This document shows positions 63,530 through 64,000 of a stretch of DNA of 64,000 nucleotides, piece after piece (positions within the stretch are counted from its first letter, which is position 1; the number at the start of each line of letters is the position of its first letter). The notes beneath the pieces were generated by a model. The model worked only from the letters and a program-made list of their open reading frames with translations. It did no database searches and was not told where the DNA came from. The stretch is from Macrostomum lignano (Eukaryota): contig NIVC01002491.1 in NCBI GenBank assembly GCA_002269645.1, forward strand, positions 104,912 through 168,911, written 5' to 3'. A program made the position numbers and the translations under genes.

Positions 63530-64000
63530 AAATTTCTATCGTCTCTTCTGTTTCCTTTCTTCTCTCTCATCCCATCTCTCCTCTCTCCTCTCTCCCCTCT
63601 TCTCTCGTATCTTCCCTCATCTCTCTTCTTTCATCTCTCTTATCTCATTTCTTGTCTCTTCTTTTCTCTCCTCTCCTCTCTCCCCGCCCTTTTCTCGTCT
63701 CTCCTTCTCCTCTCTATTCTTTTCTCTTCTCTTAACTCTCTCCTCTAATCTCTCATCTCTCCTCTTTACTCTTTTCTCTCTCTCTCCTCTCATCTCTTCT
63801 TTCCTCTCTCCTCTCTCTTTCTCCTCTCTTCTCTATTCTCTTCCCTCACCTCTTTTCTCTCTCGTCTAGTTGCTCTATCATCTTTCCTTTCTCCTCTTTT
63901 ATCTTTTCTCTCTTATCTCTTCTCATTTCTCTCTGTTCCCTCCCTCTTCTCTCCTCCCTCCCTCCTGTCCCTCCTCTCTGTCTCTCTCTCTCTCTCTCTC
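63530..64000. repeat. Polypyrimidine (CT-rich) low-complexity tract ending in (CT)n, cut by window end
   Basis: Direct reading. Confidence 0.93.

Overview
Eukaryotic (metazoan) genomic DNA. GC-rich, CpG-rich exons are interrupted by introns packed with unrelated minisatellites. The overall style resembles the free-living flatworm Macrostomum; this is an inference I have not verified. Five host genes can be reconstructed by hand with phase-consistent GT-AG introns: a single-domain rhodanese (2278-2643 +), a myosuppressin/DMSR-1-like peptide GPCR (join 13966-13061, 5389-4997, -), a divergent intron-containing histone H2A (26671-26881, 27478-27674 +), a 5-exon GH38 lysosomal alpha-mannosidase (45267-52793 +) and the 3' exons of a SAP130-like gene (56540-60245 +). 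Mobile DNA includes a 3'-truncated mariner joined to a telomere-like array, a TTA-flanked MITE, a LINE relic and a Helitron-like end. About 25 tandem arrays are present, including a 15-kb variant-repeat array with higher-order structure. The most novel-looking locus is 26.4-27.7 kb. It holds an H2A variant whose N-tail carries an H3K9/K27-like KAARKSTG motif, and it is paired with two paralogous box C/D snoRNAs (one upstream, one intronic) whose guide is complementary to conserved 28S rRNA. Most long ORFs in the supplied track are repeat artefacts.
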